From the NCBI RefSeq assembly GCF_009914755.1, contig NC_060937.1: DNA of 64,000 bases; one strand, given 5' to 3'. Source of the stretch: the human T2T-CHM13v2.0 reference genome, Homo sapiens. This document shows, in pieces, positions 52,980 through 64,000 of the stretch; positions within the stretch are counted from its first letter, which is position 1; the number at the start of each line of letters is the position of its first letter. Position numbers and translations under genes: made by a program. Under the pieces are notes generated by a model, which saw nothing but the letters and a program-made list of their open reading frames with translations, did no database searches and had not been told where the DNA came from.

Positions 52980-53997
52980 TTACATTTTGGCATGATTTTG
53001 CAGCGGCTGGTACCAGTTGTTCCTTTCCATGTTTAGCGCTTCCTTCAGGAGGTCTTTTAGGGCAGGCCTGGTGGTGACAAAATCTCTCAGCATTTGCTTG
53101 TCTGTAAAGTATTTTATTTCTCCTTCACTTATGAAGCTTAGTTTGGCTGGATATGAAATTCTGGGTTGAAAATTCTTTTCTTTAAGAATGTTGAATATTG
53201 GCCCCCACTCTCTTCTGGCTTGTAGAGTTTCTGCCCAGAGATCCGCTGTTAGTCTGATGGGCTTCCCTTTGAGGGTAACCCGACCTTTCTCTCTGGCTGC
53301 CCTTAACATTTTTTCCTTCATTTCAACTTTGGTGAATCTGACAATTATGTGTCTTGGAGTTGCTCTTCTCGAGGAGTATCTTTGTGGCGTTCTCTGTATT
53401 TCCTGAATCTGAACGTTGGCCTGCCTTGCTAGATTGGGGAAGTTCTCCTGGATAATATCCTGCAGAGTGTTTTCCAACTTGGTTCCATTCTCCCCATCAC
53501 TTTCAGGTACACCAATCAGATGTAGATTTGGTCTTTTCACATAGTCCCATATTTCTTGGAGGCTTTGCTCATTTCTTTTTATTCTTTTTTCTCTAAACTT
53601 CCCTTCTCGCTTCATTTCATTCATTTGATCTTCCATCGCTGATACCCTTTCTTCCAGTTGATCGCATTGGCTCCTGAGGCTTCTGCATTCTTCACGTAGT
53701 TCTCGAGCCTTGGTTTTCATCTCCATCAGCTCCTTTAAGCACTTCTCTGTATTGGTTATTCTAGTTATACATTCTTCTAAATTTTTTTCAAAGTTTTCAA
53801 CTTCTTTGCCTTTGGTTTGAATGTCCTCCAGTAGCTCAGAGTAATTTGATCGTCTGAAGCCTTCTTCTCTCAGCTCGTCAAAGTCATTCTCCATCCAGCT
53901 TTGTTCCGTTGCTGGTGAGGAACTGCGTTCCTTTGGAGGAGGAGAAGCGCTCTGCGTTTTAGAGTTTCCCGTTTTTCTGTTCTGTTTTTTTCCCCAT
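52980..53997 (-). pseudogene. L1 ORF1 with a +1 frameshift just after the start codon
   Basis: ATG GGG is followed by A7 instead of A6, giving a 1018-nt span; the remaining 304 codons from the internal Met (MENDFDEL) are open. Confidence 0.93.
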
Positions 53998-54452
53998 CTT
54001 TGTGGTTTTATCTACTTTTGGTCTTTGATGATGGTGATGTACAGATGGGTTTTTGGTGTGGATGTCCTTTCTGTTTGTTAGTTTTCCTTCTAACGGACAG
54101 GACCCTCAGCTGCAGGTCTGTTGGAGTACCCGGCCGTGTGAGGTGTCAGTCTGCCCCTGCTGGGGGGTGCCTCCCAGTTAGGCTGCTCGGGGGTCAGGGG
54201 TCAGGGACCCACTTGAGGAGGCAGTCTGCCGGTTCTCAGATCTCCAGCTGCGTGCTGGGAGAACCACTGCTCTCTTCAAAGCTGTCAAACAGGGACATTT
54301 AAGTCTGCAGAGGTTACTGCTGTCTTTTTGTTTGTCTGTGCCCTGCCCCCAGAGGTGGAGCCTACAGAGGCAGGCAGGCCTCCTTGAGCTGTGGTGGGCT
54401 CCACCCAATTCGAGCTTCCTGGCTGCTTTGTTTACCTAAGCAAGCCTGGGCA

Positions 54453-54647
54453 ATGGCGGGCGCCCCTCCCCCAGCCTCGCTGCCGCCTTGCAGTTTGATC
54501 TCAGACTGCTGTGCTAGCAATCAGCGAGACTCCGTGGGCGTAGCACCCTCCGAGCCAGGTGCGGGATATAATCTCGTGGTGCACCGTTTTTTAAGCTGGT
54601 CCAAAAAGCGCAGTATTCGGATGGGAGTGACCCGATTTTCCAGGTGA
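54453..54647 (+). CDS. L1 antisense ORF0, 64 aa (shortened from 71)
   Basis: MAGAPPPASLPPCSLISDCCASNQRDSVGVAPSEPGAGYNLVVHRFLSWSKKRSIRMGVTRFSR*, downstream of the L1 antisense promoter region; expression unproven. Confidence 0.65.
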   Translation: MAGAPPPASLPPCSLISDCCASNQRDSVGVAPSEPGAGYNLVVHRFLSWSKKRSIRMGVTRFSR

Positions 54648-55379
54648 GTCCGTCACCCCTTTCTTTGACTCGGAAAGGGAACTCCCTGACCCCTTGCGCT
54701 TCCCAAGTGAGGCAATGCCTTACCCTGCTTCGGCTCGCGCACGGTGCGCGCACCCACTGGCCTGCGCCCACTGTCTGGCACTCCCTAGTGAGATGAACCC
54801 GGTACCTCAGATGGAAATGCAGAAATCACCCGTCTTCTGCGTTGCTCACGCTGGGAGCTGTAGACCGGAGCTGTTCCTATTCGGCCATCTTGGCTCCTCC
54901 TTCAGGTGTTTTCTTAAATTAACTTCTGGGGCAACATCAACTCTGGAGGCACTGTCTCCTTTCTCTACCTTAAGGATAATTCTGAGACTCTAAGGACAGA
55001 ATGGTTTCTTTATAGACTTTCAGCCAGGTGCATTTGCTGTGAGGCTAAACATCCAAACAGATTTAGAGTGAGCGACAGTGGGTATTCAGGTCAAGTCCAC
55101 CAGTTTGATGTTCCTTCTTTTCCATGCTTTTTTCCTTCAGAATACAGTCAAGTCTCCAAAAAATGTATGTGTAGCTTAAACAAATTCCGTTATATGATAT
55201 AATTTTGCTTTCCATTCCAGCCAGTGAGTGTTTTCCCTAGAGTATGCAGAAGATGATAGAAAAGAACCTGTTGTTACCTTTATCATTTTTGTTCCCATGT
55301 GCTGCTCAGAGTGTGACGTTTTCATTGTGCCAAGTATAATTCTAATATTTATTGATACAACTTGTTGCCATAGTTTCTA

Positions 55380-55412
55380 TACACGATCTTAGCCAAAAGG
55401 CCGAGAGGCAAT
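55380..55412 (-). pseudogene. 3'-truncated (tailless) U2 snRNA retrocopy, about nt 1-35
   Basis: Minus strand attgcctctcggccttttggctaagatc--gtgta versus U2 ATCGCTTCTCGGCCTTTTGGCTAAGATCAAGTGTA. Confidence 0.9.
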
Positions 55413-57083
55413 ACCACATGTCTCTAAGTGGAAGCTAGTTCTCTGGTCTCAACCAAAGTCATAGTCATTTGTTCCAACTTTGGAGGAAAATCTGGATGTG
55501 TTGGACTTAACTGAGAAATGTATCTCCAACATGGTGCCTTCCTTAGGGATTTTCAAGGGTTAATTTTGAAGATATGTAATTTTAGTCCTAAGTGCTGACT
55601 TTTGAATGTAACTGTGACCTAAGATATTATACAACAGTAGTGTCTGATTCCTCTTTATAGTGTCTTTTGTGATAGGTAATTCACAGACTGGTTACAGTCT
55701 GTTTTCCTTTTCTTTTTTAACCTAAAATATTTTCTAGTTTTCTCAGGTGATGAAATTGTAGGTTAAGCTGGGATTTGTAACCTTCTCTACATTTGCTATA
55801 TAGCGTCTATGTAATCTTTCTATTGGTCTGAGACATTGCAGAGGAAACCTATAGCCATGCCTGGAGCCAAAATGTTGGACATAACCCAATTTGCTTTTTT
55901 TTTTGTTTTGTCTTGTTTTTAGAGTTAGTTGATGGGTGCTGAGATACTAAGGTACTAAGAATGACAAAAATAAGGAAAGACTTCTGAAATAGACAACACA
56001 AAATACCAAAGCTCAATTCTTTCACTTTTCTTGATGATGACCACACTGTTTACAATGGATTGTAGGTTGTTATAGTGATGGGAAAGGTCTGTGCTGATGG
56101 GCATTGGGAAAGATGTTGCAATCTGAAGATGGACTTTGTCTAATGCAGTGTAACCGACAAAGCCAGGTCTCCTGGTATGGGCTCAGTCTCTTTGTAGTTT
56201 AACATTCAAAGAAACAACAGTCCAACTTGAGAAACTTTGAAGAATAATGTAAATATTTGCTGTAAGTTTTATTTTTAGGAGGCTTTGCATAGGGATTTTA
56301 TATAGTGAAAGGATACAGAAAGCTTCCTAAACAGTTCCTTGACACCTCTTTCCTTCTTGCCAGTTTCCGCTCATGACAACTATGAAAATCTCTCTCTTGC
56401 TCTGCCTACAGTGTCCTCACTCTGGGTGGTTCTCTCATCCTTTGTGCCCCTGCACACCACACTGACCTTCCCTGGTGTATGCAGTCCTCTGGAACATGTT
56501 CTGTCTAGCTCTGGTGAGTTTTCTTGTGAGAATAAGCCACATTGCTCCAGAATTTTGGTAAATGAAATTTTCGTATTAGTAGGAATATTTTGCTTATTTA
56601 AAACTCTTTGATCTTGGCTTGAGACATATTGCTTGTTCTCACTTTGATATGATGTGTTCAATAAAGTCATCTAAGACCCTGCAAACCAGATCCATCTGCC
56701 TTCACACTTTCATTAAATTAGTAAGGTCACTATGAGGAGAGGTATACAGTTACTGTTACAGTATTTACCAAACAGTGGGCCCACAGCCACACTCCTCACT
56801 TCTCCTTTTGGTCTCTCCTTAGAAATAAAGTTGTTTAAAACCATTTGCTTCCAGAAGGCCATATATAAAGGTAGTAAATTTAGGTGTTAATTCTGAGCAT
56901 GGTAGTGGTGCTGTGCCTCATTGCTTTCCAGTCTGAGGATGACTTCTACCCCAAATTATTCTTTGAGTTACTCCTAGCAGGATGAGAGCAGGACACAGGG
57001 CTCTAGGGGAGAGGAAAATGACTAAGATGATTTAGCATATCTTTATCCTTTACACAGCTTTGCTATAAATTTATAGATGCATC

Positions 57084-57631
57084 TGTATTATTCAGGGCTT
57101 TCCACAGAACAGAAACAATAGGAGCGATATAGGTTCTCCATATATACATACATACACATATCTCTCTCTCTCTGTATATAAATACATTCATTATAAGGAA
57201 TTGGCTCATGTGATTGTAGAACTTGACAAGTCCCAAAAGTCCAAAGATTTGCAGGGTGAGTTGTTAAACTGGGACCCAGGAGAGCTGATGGGTCTTAAGT
57301 TTTACTCTAAAACTTCCCTGCAGGCTCAAGACTGAGGAAGAGCTGATATTTCAGTTTGAGTCCAAAAGCAGGAAAAGACACATGTCCCAGCTTGAAGGTA
57401 GTCAGACAGAAGGAATTCTCTCTCATTCAGCCTTTTTGTTCTGTTCAGTCTTCAACTGATTGGATGAAGCCCACATACATTAGGGAGGGTGATCTGCTTT
57501 ACTCACTCTACCAATTCAAATGTTAATCTCACCCACAAACATTCTTATAGACACACTCAAAAGAGTGTTTGGCCAAATGTCCAGGCACCGTATGGCCCAG
57601 TCAAGTTGACACATTAAAATTAACCATCACA
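57084..57631 (-). mobile_element. MLT2 (ERVL) solo LTR
   Basis: TG...CA termini (tgtatta...ttaaccatcaca), tataaggaattggctcatgtgatt, aattcaaatgttaatctc; exact 5-bp TSD gcatc at 57079-57083 and 57632-57636. Confidence 0.9.
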
Positions 57632-59041
57632 GCATCCATGGAGAGTATAGGAACATGTAAATTACAATTGAATTCCCATGCATATATATGGGTATTACTT
57701 GATGGATATGATCATGTTTTTAGAGCTCAGTGAAAAATAAGGCATTAGAGAATTGCAATAAATAATAAAATTATTTATTTTGGGTGCTTTTGTCAAAGAG
57801 GTATATTAATCTCTTGATCCCTTTCCTCTGCTTCATCTAACTCGTAGGGGATATACTTTATATTGCTGTGCTTGGCATCAGCAACTGATGTGACAGCTCT
57901 TCCTCTGTTCTATGAAAAGGTGATGTACTTTAAAAAAAATGTTTCTGTAGAAAGTGCTTATATCCACTCAATAAAATCTCTAACAGGTCTAGCTACTTTA
58001 AAAGGAACAGTTAGGAGAGATGTTTTGCTTGAATGATAGTTTAAAGAATTCCTGTGTTTTTTCCCATTAGCTCCATCTAACTTGGGTTGTCTCAGAGAAA
58101 TCCACTGGAGCTGATCTTCCTCAGTAAGATGTCTTTTGGTTTTGTTTTATCATCATTCCTCATCTGAGAACCAGAGAGAGAAAGCTGTCAACAAGTTATA
58201 GGTTCGTCCAGTTGGTGGAGCTGTTTGGGCCACAGCACAGGGACATATCTTTTGGGTGGCAAGTTCTAGGTATGGGGCTCTTTCATTTGCAGGTGGCTTA
58301 TCCAAGAGGGCTGGAGATGTAGCTCCTAATATTCTTAATCCAGTTAACCGGGATGCTAACATGTACTGATGTTACTTCTGTGGCAAAACTTCTCAGAGAT
58401 CTTGGGCCCAGTAACTGGTCCAAAAGAAAGACTTGAGAGGAAGAATGGCTTTACCTGAAGTCTATGGTCATTCTTATTGCTGTTTTTTGTGCGTTCAATT
58501 CAGACTTTCAGCTTGGTCACTGTTCTTCTCTTCTTCCCCTTCCTCTATGTGGTTGGGGACTGGAAAAGGGTGTCCTAGTTGTTCGAGACCCTATCCTGGA
58601 CTGCTCTTTGCTCCTATCTATCCAACTTCTCAAAGTTCAGCTTTGCTTTTCCTTTCCTGCCTTGTACTCACCCCTTTGGGCTAATGAGATTCTCAGCTTT
58701 TTCCAAACGCTGACTCTTCTCTCATCTCTAGGTCCTTTGGGTAAACATCTCTTCCAACCTTGATCTAATTTTTAAAAAACTGCCCCTTATCACTAATTTT
58801 AGAAGCAGCAAACTCATTATATAGTAATTTAGATTAAAATATATATATAATTATTGTATTCCTGGATTTTGTTCTTTTTTTCTTGTTTAGTTCTGAATTT
58901 TGCTCCTCTAGGATGTTCTTAGTAAATCTCTAAGGAAAATGCAAAATCTGCCACTAATAAAAGCAGCCACTGACATGGATGGGATCTAGGGCGAAAGCAA
59001 ATGGGGAAAAATGGGAAACTTAAAAAATAAGAGAAATGCCT

Positions 59042-59160
59042 TTTTTTTTTTTTTTTTAAAGCCAGAGACATGATCTTGCTGTGTTGTCCAGGCATTTCAA
59101 ACTCCTGGGCTCAAGCAATCCTCCTGCCTCAACCTCTCAAAATGCTGGGATTATAGGCAT
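59042..59160 (-). mobile_element. FLAM / Alu monomer, 5'-truncated
   Basis: Poly-T plus a single Alu arm; TSD gaaatgcct at 59033 and 59161. Confidence 0.85.
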
Positions 59161-61099
59161 GAAATGCCTATTTTTGAATGGATACTTTTAAAATTATCTA
59201 CTTATCTAGTATGCTCCCAGCATCTGAAGAGCAGATAGGATTCATTGATGAAAGGGTGAGGTGGTTAAAACATACAGGAGGCCAAGACTAGTAGTTAGCC
59301 CTGTGTAGGTATCACAGGATTACTTGGGTCAGAGACTCAAGCAGAAGTCTCTTTAAAGCTTTTCTAAATGATAAACATTGTTGGAATGGGGTAAAGTTGT
59401 TCTACTGCAAGAAAACTCTTCATCAGAAGAAATTAAGAATTAATTATCCTTATCTAATTAGACTAGGTGTTTCTCAATAACAAGAAAAAGTAGTTGCTGC
59501 TTGCATTGCTTTTACTCTGGCACTAGTATAATGCAGTCATTATTGGTCATAAAGCACTCTAAAACCAATTAATTTGTAAAGCTTATTTTGACAAGAAGTA
59601 AATACAAAGGTAAGGCATAGTTAGCATAATGCTGCTATCATGGCACTCTTGGGCATAATTTATATACATAAAAAATACAAGGGCAAGTATAACTTTCAAG
59701 CTGATTGCCTGTAAAAGACTTAATTGAAAACAGTTTTCTGCTTTTAAAAAGTGATTTATTTTAGATGTGCTTTAAAAAACAAAGGTCTTATTGATAACCA
59801 TTTTGAGTATATTATCTCGATGTGGGATTTAAGTAAAAGGTCAAATCTTATAGAAGTATTTTTGGTATGACTCAATTCTGATCACAGATAAACTTTATCA
59901 AGAAAATGAAATTAGTTAAACATTTTCATGCCTGAGCACTAGTTTAAAGAGGCAGCAATTTTTTTTTTTCACAAAGACTTCAAGAAGAGAACTTTGGTTG
60001 AGAAACCTAGAAAACAAAGAACTCAAGATGTTATCGTATAAATGTTCTTTAAACAAGTTAATATTATGAGAGGGGAAAAGCATTAGATATGTTTCACTAG
60101 AAGAATAAACAATTCACATGTGTAATTTTTGCAGTGGATAGACAAATCTCAGATCTTTTCTGCCTGATATCATTTGCATTTATTCAGCTTATTCAAGTAA
60201 AAGACTTATATTTTATTTCAGAAAAGCTAACATGGAACTTTTAATTTTACATTTAAGTCCTGTTTAGTTGTAATTCTCACTCCCCCAGCCCCTGTAGCCT
60301 CCTGAACAGCTCTGACTTGCTTTTTTTCTGAATCCAGCATCAGTCCTACAATTAGTCCATTGGCCAGGTGATGGTCATGTGCCTGGTTAGAGTAGGGCAG
60401 GCTCCATTTGCTGATGGGCTGTGCGACTCAATGTTCACAAATGTTTAGTCATTCAGCTCCTTTTCAAGGAATAAGCCTGGATCAGGCAAGTAATTAACCT
60501 TTGCTAGTCCCAAGGTTTGTTCATTAGAGGCAGGGAAGGAGGAATCTTCTCACTTTTCTTCTCAGTCCTACTGCTCGCCCCAGCTTTATGAAACATGAGC
60601 TATGTCCTAAGGGAAGAGCAAGTGGGCCTCAGGTCCTCAGAAAGCACCACAAAACTCTTAAAATATTAAGCGTAAGAGTCTATTGTTCCTTTGTTTTCCT
60701 GGACAGGGAAACCTCTTTAACATTGGACTTCATTGTCTGTACCCCATTTCCTGTTCTTACAGTGGCTGTTCAGTCAGCATGATGGCCGGTGGGACCTGGA
60801 GGTCCAGCAGCAGCTAAGATGTCCAGGCCCTACTCGTTTGTACCCCTGGTAGCATTCTGCCTTAGATATGAGAGACACTTCCAGGCTCTTCCTGCATTTC
60901 CATCTTATGCTCTGGCAAGCAAATGCCAATCTTGGCTCTTTTCCACTTAAAATAGTCCTTCTACTTTTTATCTGCTGTGTAAATTGGGGTTAGAAATATT
61001 GACTTAAACTGCACCAGACTCTGCTGCCAGCTTGCCCATTCTCCATTACCCAAGTCTTCCTCCCTAACAGAACCCAGAGTTTGTTCATATATTGGCAGC

Positions 61100-61400
61100 A
61101 ATGTACTCAGCCCGGGCAATGGATCTTGACTGGTTTCAGCCAATCAGAATATCTTCTATTAAGGATAAGGATAGCTTCCCTGCAGCTAGGGGTGGCTGAG
61201 TAACCTTGTTCTGACCAGTAAGATTTAAGCAGCAGAAGTCCACTGGGAAGAAGGGAATGGGGAAGGAAGACTCCTGGGAAAGCTTTTGTGCTCTTAATAA
61301 AAGAGCAGAGAAACTGCTGTGCTGCTTGCCCCTTCATCTTGGCTTGAAAACAAATGTATTGCCTGGAGCTGAGGCAGCTATTTTCTGACCATGAAGTAAT
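61100..61400. mobile_element. MLT1-type (ERVL-MaLR) LTR relic
   Basis: gccaatcagaatatc...ctgggaaagctttt..ctcttaataaaaga...cctggagctgaggcagctatttt.tgaccatga. Confidence 0.5.
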
Positions 61401-61733
61401 AAGCCTTATTGTTTGACATGTGAATGCAATAAACCTCTACCCACATAAGCTACCTCCATTGAAGGATTCCATACTTGGCACAGAATTTCTAACTGACACA
61501 CACTAAAATTCAGATATAAAAAAAAAATAGTTTCTGTAACGTTTTGGTAACTGATTTCATCTCTTCCTGAACCTTTGAGGTTGAAAGTGGTGGCAGCAGA
61601 GGTGGCAGTAGCCACTTACCTTTATCATTAATGATAAGTTAATTTATTTTGGGGAAATGACTCAGTTGTTCAATTTTCCTTCCACTTGCCTCTTCGAGAT
61701 GATATCTGTGGTAAATGGGTGTGAGCTCTTAAG

Positions 61734-62300
61734 CAGTAGCATGATCTACTGGCTCACGCTTGCTTTTCAGAGCTGATTGTTAAGTTTAGGGGAATTCTGC
61801 AAGTCACTTGTTATATGCAACCATTATTAGATAAGTTATATAAACTTACAATATTAAAAAGAAAGGTAGTACTCAAAACTCACCACTTTTTAATTATTTA
61901 AGTACATTTTACTATTATTCTTGCAATTGAAGTTATTTATGTCTTTTTGTTTGTTTTAGAGACAGGGTCTTGCTCTGTTACCCAGGTTGGAAGCCCAGGC
62001 CGGAGTGCAGTGGCACAATCATAGCTCACTGCAGCCTCAAAGCTCTGAGCTCAAGTGATCTTCCCAGCTCAGCCTCCCATGTAGGTGGAACTATAGACAC
62101 TAGCCACCACGCCTGGCTAATTAAAACAATTTTTTTTTTAGAGACTGGGGTCTTACTGTGTTGCCCAGACTGGTCTTGAACTCCTGGCCTCAAGTGATCT
62201 TCCAGACTCAGTCTCCCAAAGTGCTGAGATGACAGACCTGAGCCACCACACCCAGCCTATTTGTGTCTATTGTATCTGTAAATGGAAATACTATATAATG
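61734..62300. mobile_element. MER63-type hAT DNA transposon, interrupted by an Alu
   Basis: agagctgattgttaagttt..ttatataaacttacaat..tactcaaaactcaccact..tacattttactattat..[Alu]..tctattgtatctgta..ggaaatactatataatg. Confidence 0.75.
61945..62257 (-). mobile_element. AluJ SINE
   Basis: Dimer; TSD tattt[a/g]tgtct at 61934 and 62258. Confidence 0.9.
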
Positions 62301-62304
62301 CCGC

Positions 62305-62695
62305 AGTTAGCATGAGAGTACAGATATCTCTTTGACATACTGATTTCATTTCCTTTGGATGTATACCCAGGAGTGGGATTGCTGGATCATATGGTAGTTC
62401 TATTTTTAATTTTTTGAGGAGCCTGCATACTGTTTTCATAATGGCTATGCTAATTTACATTTCCACCAACAGTGTACAAGGGTTTCTTTTTCTCCACATC
62501 CTTGCCAACATTTCTTGTCTCTTGTCTTTTTGATAAAAGCCATTCTAATGGGTGTGAAGTGATATCTCATTGTGGTTTTGATTTTCATTTCTCTGATGAT
62601 TAGTGATTTTGAGCATTTTTTTTCATGTAGCTGTTGGCCATTTGTAAGTCTTCTTTTGAGAAATGTCTATTAAGATATTTTGCCCATTTTTAAAT
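62305..62695 (-). mobile_element. L1MA/L1PB ORF2 C-terminal fragment
   Basis: ORF 62257-62439 [34 protein letters not shown] is L1 ORF2p-like. Confidence 0.85.
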
Positions 62696-63634
62696 AGAAA
62701 AATCCTCTACTTTTGACTTTTCCCTTAACCTTCACCTAAAACCTCTCAATTTGAGATTTAGGTCCAAGGCAAAGAAACCATGTTTTCCTGCTTATGTCTC
62801 CATCTTTTTAACGTCTTCTTACCCATCACCATGAGCTTTTCTTTTCCCTTCTGTTTGGTAGAAAATAGTTTTAAGTTATTTCATTCTCCTTCCTGAGGAG
62901 TTGCTTTTTCCCTTTCTCTGAGGCCATATTGGTGAAAAGGCTGCAGAGAACCTGATTCATAGGGGAGAATGAATTAAAAATACATTTTAATGTATATAAA
63001 AAACTATCACCATCACGCTTGTAACTATGAGTCACCTTGTCCACCCTTCCACTCCTCACTACTCCAGGGTTCCACAGACCTGAGAGTAGGGACTGTGGTG
63101 AAGAATGACTGGCAGATATACAGCAACTGAAAAGGCACCACGCTTTTATCTCAGTTGCATTACCCTTTGTATATCAGCACTTAAAAAGGGATCTTTTAAA
63201 TAACATCCTTGAATCCTTTTGGGTGGTAGAAGTAAAATTGGGGCTAAGCAAGAATGAAATGGACTTTTAGAAGTTAAAATAGGATGTTGTATGGGCAAAT
63301 GTATGAGGTAGGAAAATAATGTTGTCACTGCTTTGCTATCTCCATTTTCAACAGCTCTCTCAGTGCCTCTGGCATCTCCTTCTTTTGCTATGTACCAGCC
63401 CTGTCACCTAGTCCCTCCCACTATTAATCATTAATGACTTAAGATGTTACCACCTCCTTAATTGTATTTAAAAGTTAAAAAAAACATGCTTTTATTCTTT
63501 CCCATTACAAATAACAATTCATATTCCTTTTAGAAAAATACAGATAAACATAATAAAAGTCACTTACAATCCATTGCCTTGAAACAACTATTACTACCCT
63601 AGTATACATCTTTTATTAAACATTCTTCTACAGA

Positions 63635-63955
63635 TTATTATTATTATTATGGTTATTTTTAATAACCAAAGACCCAAGAGAGGGTCTTGCTCTGCTGCCC
63701 AGGCCCGAGTGCAGTGGCACAATGATAGCTCACTACTACATTGAACCCCTGGGCTCAAGCCATCCTCCCATTTTAGCCTCCTGAGTAGCTGGGACTACGG
63801 GCACATGCCACCATGCTGGGCTAATTTTTTCTTTTTTGCAGGGACAGAGCTTCACTATGTTGACCAGGCTGGTCTAGAACTTCTGGGTTCAAGTGATCCT
63901 CCTGCCTCGGCCTCCCAAAGTTCTGGGATTACAGGCATGAGCCACTGTGTCCAGT
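63635..63955 (-). mobile_element. AluJ SINE with (TTA)n tail
   Basis: Dimer; TSD tctaca[g/a]atta. Confidence 0.9.
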
Positions 63956-64000
63956 CTACAAATTACTTCAAATGGCTGCAGGGCAGAGGTCACATTCATC

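Overview
Primate, almost certainly human, non-coding genomic DNA with no intact protein-coding gene. The anchor is a processed pseudogene of ST13/Hip (40580-42206, 18-bp TSD). Its 240-aa ORF matches my recollection of ST13P4/FAM10A4, which would place the window at 13q14 inside the DLEU1/DLEU2 lncRNA region deleted in CLL; that placement is recalled, not verifiable here. Other contents: a CpG island at ~0.95-2.5 kb, a full-length but inactivated L1PA2/L1PA3-type LINE-1 on the minus strand (48.85-54.9 kb), a 5'-truncated L1PA5/6, about 20 Alus, an MLT2 solo LTR, MER63 and other DNA-transposon relics, L2/MIR relics, a well-preserved CR1/L3 remnant and a 33-nt tailless U2 snRNA retrocopy. I find no evidence of a wholly new biological system. 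The most interesting details are: (i) the single substitution that truncates ORF0 in the full-length L1 also turns ORF0 splice donor SD2 into a perfect CAG|GTGAGT site; (ii) a telomeric GGTTAGGG island inside that L1's poly(A) tail; (iii) three separate inverted, locally templated insertion scars; (iv) the ST13 retrocopy has only frame-preserving indels and two CGA>TGA stops. Repeat subfamily names are from memory of consensus sequences, and boundaries of old repeats are approximate.
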